A stretch of DNA of 64,000 nucleotides from Tubiluchus corallicola (Eukaryota > Animalia > Priapulida): the NCBI GenBank assembly GCA_030141605.1, contig JAQGDQ010000960.1, positions 11,891-75,890 of the forward strand. The letters run 5' to 3'. This document shows, piece after piece, positions 1-15,650 of the stretch (positions are counted from its first letter, which is position 1; every line of letters begins with the position of its first letter). Position numbers and translations under genes: made by a program. Below the pieces are notes generated by a model. That model did no database searches. It was not told where the DNA came from and was given only the letters and a program-made list of their open reading frames with translations.

Positions 1-1944
1 TGTAATACTTTAAGATTTACGATTAAACTGTAGAGCTTTTTATCGTTTTTAATTTTTAATACAAAATAACAATTACGTACTTTCTTTAAAACTGTATATT
101 CCTCGTCTTTCGATTTTAAATGCACGTTAAAAATTATTTGGTATGTGTCTGCTGTCTCTACGCCTCTTTTATGTGCTTGCTCCCCTAACCTGGCTACGCC
201 CCTGGATGCACCTAACGAGTTAACAAATAACACAAACTGGCTTACCTGCAGGGATCTGTATTCGAGTCTTTCTCAACATTGCCATCTTTATGAGCAGATA
301 TGCCATCTATGAGAAAGTCAGCATCTGTAAAGTTATCAACCAAAACTTTGTTTTAGCACTTTGTGGTGTATTCATTTATAACAAACTACAGGAGCAAAGG
401 TTTTTGAAAATCACATGAAAAATCATAATCCATAACTGCTTTGAAGTTCCTGGAAACATGTCGTTTAGAAATTGTGTAATGTAATGTAACGTAATGTAAT
501 TTATTGTCCATTTCAGCAAAATTACATTATCGCATTGTAACTGTTATACATCAAATCAAATGTAATTACAATAATTGTAAAAGAACTATATTAATGTAGT
601 TACTAAACTGCATAATAGTTTATCAACAGGAAATATATGCTGCTTGGTGGTCAAGAAGCTTGTAAAACTACCTTGAAAAGTGGAGAAAAAACTGGTTAAT
701 TAAAAAGAGAAAGAATTATAGATGAAATAGTTAAGGTAAAATAATGGGCAAAGAAAGAGAAAAAGAGGAGAGAAATGAAAAAAAGGAATACAGGAATTAT
801 CCACAACGAAGCAGGAAAAATTAAGAATATCATTCGCTACTCGCCTAATTTCTTTTCTTAAAAAATTCCTGATATTATATGTTATCATATGCGTTATTAT
901 ATGTGCAAGCTACGCTTTATATGAGTGGAATCATATATCTATAAATTGTTTGTGATAAAATGCCTAAGCTTTCTTACAATAGATGAAGAATAATGATAAC
1001 CTTCGAAGAAATACAGGCTGGCACACAGTTGATTAAAGAATTATTTCAAATCCAAATGACAATTAAAACGAAGTTTAGCAACAATTATGAAGAAAATCTG
1101 AAGGTAATTGCGAAGACACTAGAATACAGATAGAATTCAAGTAAAATACAGGTGAGCTTTATTTATATAAATCATTAATAACATTATTCATTGCTCTCTC
1201 AGTTTAAGTCACATGCTTACTCAGTGATCTCTGAAAGCCAACTGCACAGGTAAGTTTTTTCCATGGAGCAAGGAAGCCAGCAATTCAATGAAGGTAAATG
1301 TTATGCATACTAGGATGAAAGTTTAGACTGTATATAAAGAAATAGATTTATTTTGTAGCTGAAATTTCTTGTGTGGGATTTTTAATGTTTTAACAAGAGA
1401 ATGTAATAATATGACTAATGATCATAATTAAGAACTAATAAAAAATAAGATAAAGAAATCTTGAGCTTCGCGACAACAGTATGATCAAAAACGCAAATAC
1501 AATCATTAAAATCTCACCTGAATTAAGAACAGCCATGCCGCCTAAGTAATCGTCTTGTGCAGGACTGTCCATTCTACTTTTCTAACATCAGCTATCTTTC
1601 TTCCTCAAGTATTCTCAAGTTTATCTTCTGATCTTTGCTTTAGCTTCGTATGCTTTAACGATTTGTGATTAAATCTGATTCGAGCTTCGTACAGGTGTGT
1701 TTATATACTGATCGACATGTGACATGCGCAGACTGGACGTGAAAATGTTTACTAGAAGATGCTTTTTACTCGTGAATAATCCACGTGATTACGGACAGCG
1801 ATTATTGTGAATTATCTGCGCAGCTGATGAAATCATAAACTGTTTTTATTAATGAACCCACGCCGTTAAATCTTGCATGCAAATATTTAATATTTTATAC
1901 GTTGAAAATTACCAAATGGAAGCGTTGACCACGATGATTCGTTC

Positions 1945-2242
1945 ATGAAGATGACGGTGATGATGCTGATGATGAAGATGACGGTGATGATGTTGAGAAT
2001 GACTGATAGCGCTATGTTGCCCAAGGTGGCTCATCAAAGTAAATATGATGATGACGACGAGACGACGACGATGATGATGATGATGGTAGTGGTAATGGTG
2101 GTGATGATGATGACGATGAATATGATGATAATGATGGTGACGAGGTGGGGATCTCCAGAACAATTGTAAAGACTGCGATGATGAATACAAAAGTCAGCAC
2201 ATGACAATAACAATAATGACGAAGACAATAGTGGTTGTGACA

Positions 2243-2290
<48 letters not shown>

Positions 2291-2440
2291 ATGAGGATGA
2301 TGACTATGTGGCGATGTCCAGAACAATGATAAAGATTGACAATGATGTGCACGAAGTCAGCACATGACATTGACAATACAGACGATGATCACAGTGACCA
2401 CAATGACGAAGACAATAGTGGTGGTGGTGATGGCGGTGAT
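1945..2440. repeat. Degenerate (GAT/GAC)n trinucleotide region
   Basis: Visible tracts. They generate the poly-H/M/I ORFs. Confidence 0.9.
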
Positions 2441-2898
2441 GTTAATGGTGGAGCTAACAGTGGCAGCAGCAATACTCCAGTGATAGTCGCAGAGGTGATG
2501 ATAGTAGCACTACATAATGACAGCTTAGTGGTGTCAGAAGCAAAGGAGGAGATGACAGAAGAAAAAGAAAATATATATTTTAGAAAAGTGTCAAACTGAC
2601 ATATATTGTATGTCGCCTTTACAATTTTTAATTAGGTTAATGAATGGCAAAGATCACAGAAATCAAACGAAACGTTTTGGAAAAATTTGTTAGATTTTTT
2701 AATGGTTTCCTTGCATAACTTACGTTTTGCTTTTTTGTATGTGATTGCTTTATTTTAAAAATGCATTTTTATGTAAGATACATGGAAAATTAGTATCACT
2801 TAGCAAATTATTGTGGCCTTTTAATTTAGTTTAATTTTTACTGTTTGTATAAACACAGTAATTGAGTTTTTTAACTGCAATATATTTGTTTTAATAAA

Positions 2899-4162
<1,264 letters not shown>

Positions 4163-4264
4163 TTTATTGCACAATTTTATGCAGCCTTAACTCGAGATGA
4201 GTAGGATAAATTGCCTTAAATTCGAGCTGATTGAAATTTTTCTAGTTGTAGCCAACGTAAACTT

Positions 4265-4822
4265 AGTATAGTATAGTATAGCATAGTATAGCATAATATA
4301 GTATAGTGTAGTGTAGTGTAGTGTAGTGTAGTGTAGTGTAGTGTAGTGTAGTGTAGTGTAGTGTAGTGTAGTGTAGTGTAGTGTAGTGTAGTGCAGTGCA
4401 GTGCAGTGCAGTGCAGTGCAGTGCAGTGCAGTGCAGTGCAGTGCAGTGCAGTGCAGTGCAGTGCAGTGTAGTGTAGTGTAGTGTAATGTAGTGTAGTGTA
4501 GTGTAGTGTAGTGTAGGGGGTGTGATGTGTTGTTGCATGGTGTAATGTAGTGTGGTGTGGTATGGTATGGTGTGGTGTGGCGTAGTGTAGTGTAGTGTAG
4601 TGTAGTGTAGTGTAGTGTAGTGTAGTGTAGTGTAGTGTAGTGTAGTGTAGTGTAGTGTAGTGTAGTGTAGTGTAGTGTAGTGTTGTGTTGTAGTGTAGTG
4701 TAGTGTAGTGTAGTGTAGTGTAGTGTAGGGTAGTGTATCGTGGCATAATATAGCTTACCTTAGCATAGCATGGTATAGCCTAGCATAGCATAGCACAGCA
4801 TATCATAGCATAGTATAGTATC
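4265..4822. repeat. Pentanucleotide microsatellite (TAGTG/CAGTG/TAGCA)n
   Basis: Direct inspection. Confidence 0.97.
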
Positions 4823-5519
4823 TATATTATATAGCAGCATTACTAATACCATAACTTTTATGCACGCAAAATTTTATCGTATTAGTACCTCTTTCTGAGG
4901 TGCCGAAAGTTTTAATATAATCATCGTAGAATGTATAGAATGTGTAATCTAAAGATGTAGAATACGAAGTACGGTCGAAAAAGAATTAAAAATTAAATGC
5001 AAGCATAGGTTTTTCGCTTTTTAGAACTTAAATCCAATTCATTTCTTTTCATTCATTCTGATGGTGTTGAAGCCACGCGCTGTTTGAAGCCACACATCTA
5101 CATCCACTTAGCGAGACTTATCCAACCCACGCCAGCGGATGATCACGTATCTGTGACTGCTCTTACTAGCTAGAGAAGCTGCGTTCTTTCATTATCTTAG
5201 ACTGTTGACTTGATTGTCTGACACAGGTGTGGGAGATTACAGATAAGTCTTATGCACAAAACCAAAATTTAAATCTCGGATAAACGGTGTAATCAGTTTA
5301 GCGGGCGCGGAAAATCCTGTGTGATTTGAAGAGATTGAAGAAATACATTGAAGAGATTGCCCTTGATATCTCATGGATACCTGCACATACACAATTATCA
5401 GCACGTAAAAACATGAATGACTTCGTAGTAATATCAGAAATTATGAATGAACAAAAACACAACTGCCAACAATGTAATATCAGTGGAAAAAATTATGAAT
5501 GACAGAAAACAAAGAGTTA

Positions 5520-5925
5520 AATTATCTACAAATACCGTCTCAGAATGGCTAATATTACAGCAGGGCATATCACAAGGGGTCCCTTACTTTTCTGTCTTTA
5601 TATTAACAATATATGCAAAACACTAACACATTGTAATATAACACAGTATGCTGACTACACAACTATATATTTAGGCCACAAAAACCTAGCAACAGCTCAA
5701 CGACTTTTAGAACAGGACATCGCAAACATTAACATAGCATTTACCCTTTTAAAACTCAAATTAAATAGCACCAAAACAGATTTCATGGTCCTTTCCCCGT
5801 TCTCAAATGACAATATAAGTAATCCTTCAATAAAAGTTGAAAATAGCATAATAAAACAGAAAAGCAATGTGTAGATAACAAACTTTCTTTAATATAACCA
5901 CTTTAATGAAATTTACGATAAAATG
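5520..5925 (+). mobile_element. LINE reverse-transcriptase fragment (L2/Crack/CR1-like)
   Basis: GPLLFCLYINNI...QYADYTTIY...LKLNSTKTDFMV, decayed RT motifs with a YADD-like core. Confidence 0.85.
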
Positions 5926-5929
5926 GCAT

Positions 5930-8037
5930 GCGGAACGTCTTACTTACTGCACGTAAGTGGCGGCGCTGTAGTCGTACATGGCGGTTGTGTTTTTTAAAAT
6001 TACCGCAAAAATCAACAAAATTGTTAAAATTAAGTGGAATAGCATATAATCCACTCAGAATTTACTTTGCAAAGACTAAAGCCAAATCGAGTAGGAGTAT
6101 CAACACGCCACGCAAGCAAAACGTCTGTAGATTTATGCTTAGATCGGGTCGAGAAGAATCCGAGAGTGATTAGTCATCAAACTGAACAGCTGATGCCTAC
6201 ATAACAAGGCGACAGGAAAATGAGCGCTTGTAATACACCTTGCATTCAGCCTCTACTTTAGCTGGACAAGTGCAGCCTACTTCAGACATTCAAAAGTTTG
6301 TAGAAAGATTCCAGAAGCAACTGACGTTCACTAGTAGCAAAGTTGTGAGGATTGATGACCTTATGGGAGAAGGTGCTGAGGTAACCAAATCGCAAGATTT
6401 TCTAAGCTGCAAATTTGATGGTTTTCAAGAACAACTGAACAAATATCAACAAGAAACAAATATCAGCATTTGAGAGACGAAAACAAGGTACTTAAAGCCA
6501 CTGTTAAAACATTACAAAACAGACTAAAAACTACTGAAAGTGAACTAGACAAACTATAACAATATGAGCGTAGAGACACATTGGAGATAGCTGTAATTCC
6601 TCATGAAGTTACAAATGACATAGTGGTAAGTGTAGCCAGAAATATGGGAGGGGATTGCACCCGCAAGATATTAGTACATCACATAGACTGGCAGCACCTA
6701 AAAATGGAGGGCCTCCACGAATTATTGTAAATTTCACAAGATGTGACAAACGGGATGAACTTTATGGTAATAGAAGAAATGCCGGAAGCACTAAAAATCT
6801 TGACTATGCATCGTATACTGATAACCGGATCTACATAAACGAATCCTTGACTCCAACAAGGAGAAAACTACACAAACAATGTAGGGACTATGCTAAAGAC
6901 CACAAAATGCAGTACTGCTGGACAAAATCCGGAAAGATGTTCTTACGGAGCGATGATTCAAGCCAAGCCATTGAAATTCAATGTGAGGAGGACCTAGGTA
7001 AACTTTAAAACTCAGTACACGGTGTTAATGCATCACAAACTTTACTTTCTAGCATAATTAATTAATGGGAAAATTTACATGTGTATCTTGTTGTAAACCC
7101 TGTAAAAAATAAATATGTATCTGTTGTGACGTCTGTAACATGTGGGTACACCTCAAGTGCACCATGTTGAATGTGAATGAATTTAATCACTATGCTCTGT
7201 ATTCTGATAATTACTTTTGTTTAAAATGTATAAATGAATCTTTGCCGTTTCAGTGTATTGATGATGGTGAATTATGCGAATTGTTTTCAAATCTAACAAA
7301 TGTATACTGTCTGTCTTCTTTAATTGATTTTCCTTCACTCGCAAAACCAAAATGGGATGATGCTGATCTTGATGCACATCTTACCTGGTTTCATAGTAAA
7401 TACCATAGTTTGCATGCACCAGAGACAAATTCTAATTTAAAAAAGTCCATTAATGATTTATTAATAGTACATTTTAATCTCAATAGTATTCAGACGAGAT
7501 TTTCTAATATGCTAGATGTACTCATGCACTTTACTGTTCCTCCGGATAGTATTGGAATATCGGAAACAAGATTGAACGAACAATCAATCTTTTATAACGA
7601 GTTTACCTAACTATACTTTCTTGCATGTTGATTCTAAAACTTGCGCAGGTGGCGTAGCCATATATCTTAAATCGGGTTGAGGCATATAATAAAAGATGAG
7701 TACAAAATTAATTGTAATACAGAAATAGTAACTACAAGTAAGAATGGTAATAGCATTACTCAAAAATCACATATGCAAGTTGAGGAATTGTGATGCTTGA
7801 TGTTGAAGTACCTGGTAAAAAGAAACCAATCACATTTGGTGTGATCTATCGACACCCAAATACTAATGTCCATCGTTTTCACAGCGAGATGGACTCTATA
7901 CTATCAGCCATTAACAAGTCTGGAAAGACTTGTTATATCTGTGGCAATATTAATCTTAATCTTATGCAAATAGAAGAGAAAACATTTATTGCAGATTATT
8001 GTAACTTTATCCTTAACACGCAACATTGTCATTGGCT
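5930..8037 (+). mobile_element. Decayed CR1/L2-group LINE, 5' half: ORF1, then ORF2 with PHD finger and APE endonuclease
   Basis: ORF1 motifs RRDTLEI..IP, DISTSHRL, IIVNF, IYINESLT, WTKSGK. ORF2 PHD motifs ICCDVCNMWVHLKC...FCLKC. APE motifs HFNLNSI, ISETRL, GGVAIYL, GVIYRHP. Multiple stops and frameshifts. Confidence 0.9.
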
Positions 8038-8462
8038 NNNNNNNNNNNNNNNNNNNNNNNNNNNNNNNNNNNNNNNNNNNNNNNNNNNNNNNNNNNNNNN
8101 NNNNNNNNNNNNNNNNNNNNNNNNNNNNNNNNNNNNNNNNNNNNNNNNNNNNNNNNNNNNNNNNNNNNNNNNNNNNNNNNNNNNNNNNNNNNNNNNNNNN
8201 NNNNNNNNNNNNNNNNNNNNNNNNNNNNNNNNNNNNNNNNNNNNNNNNNNNNNNNNNNNNNNNNNNNNNNNNNNNNNNNNNNNNNNNNNNNNNNNNNNNN
8301 NNNNNNNNNNNNNNNNNNNNNNNNNNNNNNNNNNNNNNNNNNNNNNNNNNNNNNNNNNNNNNNNNNNNNNNNNNNNNNNNNNNNNNNNNNNNNNNNNNNN
8401 NNNNNNNNNNNNNNNNNNNNNNNNNNNNNNNNNNNNNNNNNNNNNNNNNNNNNNNNNNNNNN
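8038..8462. other. Assembly gap (N run)
   Basis: Run of n. Confidence 1.
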
Positions 8463-8627
8463 AATTTGTCCTTGATATGTATATATAAATTATGAATGAA
8501 CAAATATAAACCTGCCTGCTACTTTAACGTAAAATAGCTTTGTGGAGTTTGCGAGAAAGAAAAAAAATCTATTTACAGTCGCTCATTTAACAGACAACAT
8601 TATCACTAACGGCTATTTAGCGACTTA

Positions 8628-9490
8628 CACTTAACAGTATAGGTAAGGACTTAGCAATGCAGGTAAGACTTAGCAATATAGGTAAGAACTTAACAATATA
8701 GGTAAGGACTTAACAGTATAGGTAAGGACTTAACAGTATAGGTAAGGACTTAGCAATATAGGTAAGGACTTAGCAATATAGGTAAGAATGTAACAATATA
8801 GGTAAGGACTTAACAGTATAGGTAAGCACTTAACAGTATAGGTAAGGACTTAGCAATATAGGTAACGACTTAACAATATAGGTAAGCACTTAACAGTATA
8901 GGTAAGCACTTAACAGTATAGTTAAGCACTTAACGGTATAGGTAACGACTTAACAATATAGGTAAGGACTTAACAATATAGGTAAGAACTTAACAGTATA
9001 GGTAAGCACTTAACAGTATAGGTAAGGACTTAACAGTATAGGTAACGACTTAACAATATAGGTAAGGACTTAACAGTATAGGTAAGGACTTAACAGTATA
9101 GGTAAGGACTTAGCAATATAGGTAAGAACAGCAATATAGGTAAGGACTTAGCAATATAGGTAAGGACTTAACAATATAGGCAAGGACTTAGCAATATAGG
9201 TAAGGACTTAACAATATAGGTAAGAACTTAGAAATATAGGTAAGGACTTATCAACATAGGTAAGGACTTAACAGTATAGGTAACGACTTAGCAACATAGG
9301 TAAGGACTTAACAGTATAGGTAACGACTTAACAATATAGGTAAGGACTTAACAGTATAGATAAGGACTTAACAGTATAGGTAAGGACTTAACAATATAGG
9401 TAAGGACTTAACAGTATAGATAAGGACTTAACAGTATAGGTAAGGACTTAACAATATAGGTAATGACTTAACAACATAGGTAAGTTCTTA
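8628..9490. repeat. 20-bp minisatellite (TAACAGTATAGGTAAGGACT), ~43 copies
   Basis: 20-nt periodicity visible in column alignment. Confidence 0.97.
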
Positions 9491-9499
9491 CAATATGAC

Positions 9500-9968
9500 A
9501 GATTTATAGAGTGCGTTAGCAGGTATAACTGATTCAGATCTGTGTGTTTGCGGTTTGGGCAGTCACACCCCAGAACATTTAATTTTTCATTGTCCGTTAC
9601 CATTGGTTAGACAAGATATAAGAGTAAATCGCGGACGCGGCTTAGAAAATAATGACGTTCGAAACATTTACAGAAAGAGAGACACTAATGTAATTAAAAT
9701 GTACATAGACATTGTAAAAGAACTAGCCCAAAATGATCGTATACATTATACATTTACTTACATAGTAAATTGGTTATACATTGATTACAAATATTGAATA
9801 TATATTTAGAATAAGTAAATCGTAATACAAAATTGTCAGCTTATCTAGTAAGAATTTTATTTAATGTACATAGTGTAAAGACTTATTTAACATTTGGGTA
9901 ATTTAGTGCCCTGCAAATAGAGGGCTTATTGTATAATTTTCAATAAAGATTTTTAATAATTAATAATC
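9500..9968 (+). mobile_element. LINE 3' end with C-terminal zinc knuckle and 3' UTR
   Basis: DSDLCVCGLGSHTPEHLIFHCP (CxC...H...CP), then AATAAA and a (TAA)-like tail. Confidence 0.7.
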
Positions 9969-11379
9969 TGTCTAACACGTGTCTAGATGTGATCTAGTCT
10001 TGGCAATGAGCCAAATCACAACAATCACGTGTTCCAGCGTGAGGTCATAATACAAGAACACTGAAACACCAAAATAGCTAATCGCCAGCAAACCATTGTA
10101 AATAATCATTGTTTACCAACATCCGGGTACTTATGTGGCTTTGTTAATTTCCTTGACTTGATGTCATCAATAGTATGATGACGTTGCTTCGGAACTTTCC
10201 AGAATCTAGGTTATGCAAAGAATCCGGAGCGCCACGGGTTTCTGCCGGTTATTCTCCGGTTTCTGCGGAGAAACGGAGATTAACAGCGACAAACGATGGT
10301 AACCTTCCGAGTGCGTAAATTATTTCCGACGCTGAGATCTGCGTCAAGGTTGTACGAGTTTCAACGACTTCCTTAAAACTACTTGTAAACGACTGCCCGC
10401 CTAAGTGCTTCGCAGGATAGCTACCTTTCGAGCCCGGAAATGATTTCCGCTGCAGAAATGTTCGTCAGGGTTCGCGAAGTTCCGATTGCTTTGCTGTTTC
10501 CATAATGGACAAGAGTAAATGACAATAGTTGCTTCGAAGAAGAAGATATTTATTTTAAAGCTAATTATAGGTTCCGGTACAACCACCTGCAGGCAAAATA
10601 GCATTGGAAATGCATTCTTAATAAAGTGACAGGTATTTAGTTAGTTGTACGTTATCACATATCCTGTATAGGTCAACAGGCTGAGAACAAATTCAATGTA
10701 CTTAGTTTGTCTCTAGGGGAGTTTCCTAAATTTCCTTTAGTTTTTGCGTAGGATGTTAGGCGGCGCTGCTGTATTATTATTATGATGAATCTCCTCGTTA
10801 TAATGATACTGTATGACCCGCACAGCTCTTGGATGCTTCTTTTCAAATCGCATTATTTCGGTTTAGAACTCGTTACCTTTAGATAAGTTGAAACTTTTAT
10901 TTATTTATAGTGGCTTTACAAAACAGACTGGGTCTGATACAGGTATCACCACGGTGCAAGTGCTGAGTGCAAAGTCCTAATAAAAGAATAATGGACATCA
11001 CAATTAATATCAAACTCAATTTGATAAATTATTTGACTCAATTACGATCAACAGATGGTGATTAAACTTACATACACGAACAGCAAAACACAATATTTTA
11101 ATAACGACAGTAATAACAAAAACACTTTTACAAAGTAATTTGGCTTGTTAATCATTTAGCAGTAAATTCTATTGTATTGTAAAACGAAAAGTTGATTTAA
11201 TAAACTGCTGTAATAAACTATGGACAATAAAAGCAAGATGGATGACCAGTTTTGAATTTTTCTGTATAATGTAACAGGATTATGATTTTGTAAGGATTCA
11301 CGGGTTTACAATCTGGTGGTCGAGTATGTCGTTCTAGCTCTGTCATATTTTACGTATTCAAAAAAGTTACGCACTCGAT

Positions 11380-11569
11380 TTATGTTGTGCGTATATGACG
11401 TCATGTAATGGCGCGGTCGGAACAGTATTGCGGGAAATTTAAAATGAAAACAAACAAAAAATCCTTTCAACGCGAGTACAATATACGCATGAAATTGCTG
11501 TAAAGTAATATAAATTTCAAGGAGATTTTTCTGAAAACTACTTCAGGTACCCCTTTTCTTGTCCTTTAA
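11380..11569 (+). mobile_element. MITE family A, partial copy
   Basis: Matches the right end of 12293-12976 (...TTTTCTTGTCCT|TTAA). Confidence 0.85.
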
Positions 11570-11689
11570 GACTTTAGTTATAAATAGGATTATTCCAGGG
11601 GGATTTGGTAAACCGTGCTCTTCCATATCCAGGTACTAAAATTCGTTTCTTCCTCAAGTTACGAAACTGCATAATAAAAATGTTGTTAG

Positions 11690-11967
11690 ATCGGGTCGGA
11701 TCTAATCTAATTCGATCTGATCTGATCTGATCTAACCTGACCTGACCTGACCTGACCTGACCTGACCTGACCTGACCTGACCTGATCTGATCTGATCTGA
11801 TCTGATCTGATCTGAGCTGAGCTGACCTGACCTGACCTGACCTGACCTGACCTGACCTGACCTGACCTGACCTGACCTGACCTGATCTGATCTGATCTAA
11901 TCCAATCCAATCCAATCCAATCCAATCCAATCCAATCCAATCTAATCTAATCAATTCCAATCCAATC
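11690..11967. repeat. Pentanucleotide microsatellite (GATCT/GACCT/CCAAT)n
   Basis: Direct inspection. Confidence 0.95.
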
Positions 11968-12292
11968 CTAGCATCTGGCCTACATAGTAAATACATACTA
12001 ATCACCAATAATACGCGGACATTTCACGTTTTGTCTGGTAATCAGCACAGAGTATACAATCAGCGCAAAGGAAATTCTAGGAATAAACTACGCATGCTTA
12101 TACTTACCAGACACAGCCACAAATTTAAGTGTCTGTTAACAAGGTAGACGGTAGAAGTATTGTAATCATCCCTTTGATCCAGGGTCACATAATTGAAGCT
12201 CAGACTAAATAATAAGGCGCATCATACACGTACGACATCTTGTTATTTATTCTATGGCTAGGGAATAAATATTTTAATATTACTAATCAACC

Positions 12293-12976
12293 TTAAAGCA
12301 CATGAAAGCCTTCGACTTGCGCAAAGCCTAAAAATTCGTCTTGAAATTTTTTACCACTTACGTACTGCCTTTTTGCAAACCGGACTTGCGTTGGCAGTAA
12401 CGCTGTATGAAACATGTAAATTCAAACTCTCGCGATGACCGTTAGACGCAGCCATTTTGACAATAACTTGAAACAAGTTTAGATAACATTGAGTAACTTT
12501 GAAAAAAGAATCACAGCCTTTGTAGCGCACATGTCACTAACTAACTAACTACAGAAATTTAAAATTACTGTATCTTGTCAATAAGATTAAAAATACGGTT
12601 TTGGTTAGTGAGTGGTGCACCCTGGAGGGTGAGTCAACATTTTACCAATTGATGAAACATTTTAAGTAATCAAAAATTTTCTTTTCTAGTTACATAAGTC
12701 TTTCCAGCAGGTAAGCGAAATGCTAAGTAATATAGATTTGCATGCAAAGTTTTTTGTGACATAGTTTAACGTCTCCTTTTCTTTCCCTGATTTACGTTGT
12801 GAGTAGATGACGTCATGTAATGGCGCAGTCAGAACAATATTGCGGGAGATTTAAAATGAAAACAAACAAAAAATCCTTTCAACGCGAGTAAGATATACGC
12901 ATAAAATTGCTATAAAAAATAAATTTTTTAAGGCGATTTTCCTGAAACGTCAGGTGCCCCTTTTCTTGTCCTTTAA
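12293..12976 (+). mobile_element. MITE family A (TTAA TSD, AG(C/G)ACAAGAAAA TIR; Kolobok/T2-like), full copy
   Basis: TTAA|AGCACATGAAA...TTTTCTTGTCCT|TTAA, with several homologous copies in the window. The superfamily is inferred from the TTAA TSD and purine-purine termini. Confidence 0.85.
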
Positions 12977-13269
12977 CGTTAGTTTTATCAAAATTGTTAT
13001 TCTTAATGTAATATAGGCGCATCTACCCTAATCTAACCACCAGGAAGTTAAGAGATGGCCTACCACGCTGGCACAAAAAACACGTGCACAAAATTAAGAC
13101 GGGAACCTAAATGACTTTTGCAAAACTACTATCGTGCTACCACCTGTCGGTGAATCGTGCTACTACATTCGAGGTGTATAACGGAGCGTGCATCAAAAAT
13201 TAGTCAAACAAACGTTTCTTCAGCACGATTATTGAGATTTCTACCCCTGGCAATAGAATAACTAACACG

Positions 13270-13670
13270 AGCTTTTGTATTTTCAGTACTAAGTATACTA
13301 AAGTTCTTCTTAAAGCGTTTAACGCTTGTGTGAGGCCTACAGAGGAGCATTGTTCCTCTATACGGAGCCCGTCATTGTTTGGGCATGTAGATATTGTTGA
13401 ACATGTACAAAGATGTTTTACAAGGCGATCATACTATAGCTGTAACTCGGAATTTATGTACGAAATCTATTCGAGACAATGAAGAGAACGAATTATAACT
13501 TCATTAACAATGACAATGTTGCGTGTTTCGGATAAAGTTAGAATAAGGAAGTAAATTAACATTAGGTAACCGATTACTGGAAACTGACAAACTGGTAGCA
13601 AGAACTACATGAGAGTCCAGAGCATTCCAATTGTTTACAACTCTGTTAGCAAATGATAATTTTGACACGT
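13270..13670. mobile_element. Two LINE ORF2 C-terminal fragments in opposite orientation
   Basis: + strand LLKAFNACVRP...IVEHVQRCFTRR (~13290-13430). - strand FANRVVNNWNALDSHVV...YSNFIRNTQHCHC (~13505-13660). Confidence 0.75.
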
Positions 13671-13675
13671 TTATA

Positions 13676-14094
13676 GGAAGACAGGTCGATTTTTCATATA
13701 CTACCCCAATTACGGTAACAAGTATATATTTTAACACAATTAATACTACAAAGGCGTTTCTGCTAATTAAATAATAGGTTAAAATCTCAATCTCACGCAT
13801 GTGCTGTCGAACGTGTGTAGTACGTCAGAAACAAACACATCTCAATTGAGAGGTACATCACTAGTTTTTTGTGCAATACGTTTCCGAATTGCAGGCCCTA
13901 GTGCCCGTCTAACTAGGAAATAGCGAAATGCATGTAACAGCGAAGAACAAGTGGCGCGAACGTGAAAATGTGCTTGTGTGATAATAATTCTTCCACGTAA
14001 GTCATTTTTGAAGAAATAGTACGTTTCCTTTCAATATTTTAAAGAGTTGATTGTTTTGACTTACAATTTAAGATTGGGCCCGGTTTTGCTTTAA
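13676..14094 (-). mobile_element. MITE family B, internally deleted copy
   Basis: Ends GGGCCCGGTTTTGCT|TTAA and is homologous to 19631-20243. Confidence 0.85.
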
Positions 14095-14519
14095 TCTGGA
14101 AAAAGACGTCTCAAATCTTTGAAATTTAAACCCACCATTTTACGACAAATTTTGTATACCATCTTAAGATCACAGAGAAGACGTCTTAATGCGAGTGGCT
14201 GCAGTTTTAGTTTCTACAGTCTAAGTAAAGGAACATAATCAAACTTTATTGCGGTGGGGTGGCCGCAAGCTGTTTTTATCGAAAAGTAAAGCGACACTTG
14301 TCATGATTACATGAGAACAATAGGAAATTTTTGTTTGTGCAAATATAATTATTACATTTACTTATGCGCTTGCAATTTTCAATTTACCTTGTTCGTGATG
14401 CTCCGATCAGACAGTGTTACAACATCTAAGCACGTACAGTGTCGTGATATTCGCTTAAACGGCAAGAAACTCGGTAATACGCTGTGCGTTTTTTTCTCAT
14501 AAAAGCTGTTTAAACAATG

Positions 14520-15650
14520 CAATAAATTAGTAATAAAAATATCATTAAAAACGTTCGTTTATTATTTAAATAATACAGACCAGCTAGTGGGCAATCAGTA
14601 AGAATATGGATTTCTGTTTGTATTGCACCACAGTCACACAATCTGTGCTCTTTAGGTTCTCGTCTCCACCGTCCTGTCTCTATTCGAAGGTTATGTGACT
14701 GCAGACGAAGCCTTGTAAAAGTAAAACGATGCCGTTCAAGAGTTCCGTAAGGAATTGTAGGAGTCTTTAATTCTGGGTTTAGCTATCTATACGTCACGCG
14801 CTTAGTGGAATCACTTCTTACTATAGATGCAATCAACTTTTGCTTACTCCTTTCTAGAAAAACAACTTTGGTCCTCGGTAATTCATCCAAACATTTCGAC
14901 AACTTTCCGTTAACAGCTCTGTTAATATTCAGTGCAGTCATTAGAGGCTCATGCTTCTCCGGTTCAGAAGACACTTAGACCACATATTAATCTGGCGTGC
15001 TCTTAGCCACACTTTAAATGAAGGATATCCACTTTCTATTTGGACTAGTTCGTTACACGTGCTTGCTCTCACTGATAAAACAGACTTCAACAGTTCTGGA
15101 TACATTGACTCTGTTATAGTATACCTCAAATTGGAGTTTCTGGTTTCAACGTTGTAAAAGACGCCAGCCAATAAAGCACTATCCAGGACATTCTTTTTCA
15201 CCCAGAAAGGGAAGTCACTGTTTTCGTTCAGAGAAGCATGAAATTTGTGGACATGCTGCTCTTTAGCCTCCAAGTGCTTTGCAGCCATTGTGCTTGCTTT
15301 TCCATCAGCAGCAATTACTGCACCTAGATATACATAATAGAAAGTGTGTTTCACAGCTAATCCATCGACAACAAGCAGCTCTCGATCCAGATTACTGCCG
15401 TTAACAACCATAAACTCAGTCTTGGTTTTGTTTATATCCATGCCGAAATGAGAACAAAAATCTAACAGGACCCTCAATTTATCCAAACATTGTTGGCGAG
15501 CGAGAAGTTGCCATAATAGCTGTATCGCGTATAAAGAATAATCCATGTAGGTTTTCTAGCCAACCATTCGGTCGTGAATCCTTCAGAGCACGCACTAGTG
15601 GATTAATGTACTAAGAAAATAACAAACAACAATTGGGCGATCAATGTTTG
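14520..15650 (-). mobile_element. 5'-truncated LINE: RT C-terminal region plus zinc knuckle
   Basis: FGMDINKTKTEFMV...YVYLG, and CDCGAIQTEIHILTDCP at ~14580-14640 on the - strand. Frameshifted. Confidence 0.85.

Noticed and set aside
980-1300. Exon-like segments with GTGAG/GTAAG donors
   Set aside because: No recognisable protein, and the frames contain stops, so I cannot support a gene.
7904-8503. ORFs made mostly of X
   Set aside because: Artefacts of the assembly gap.
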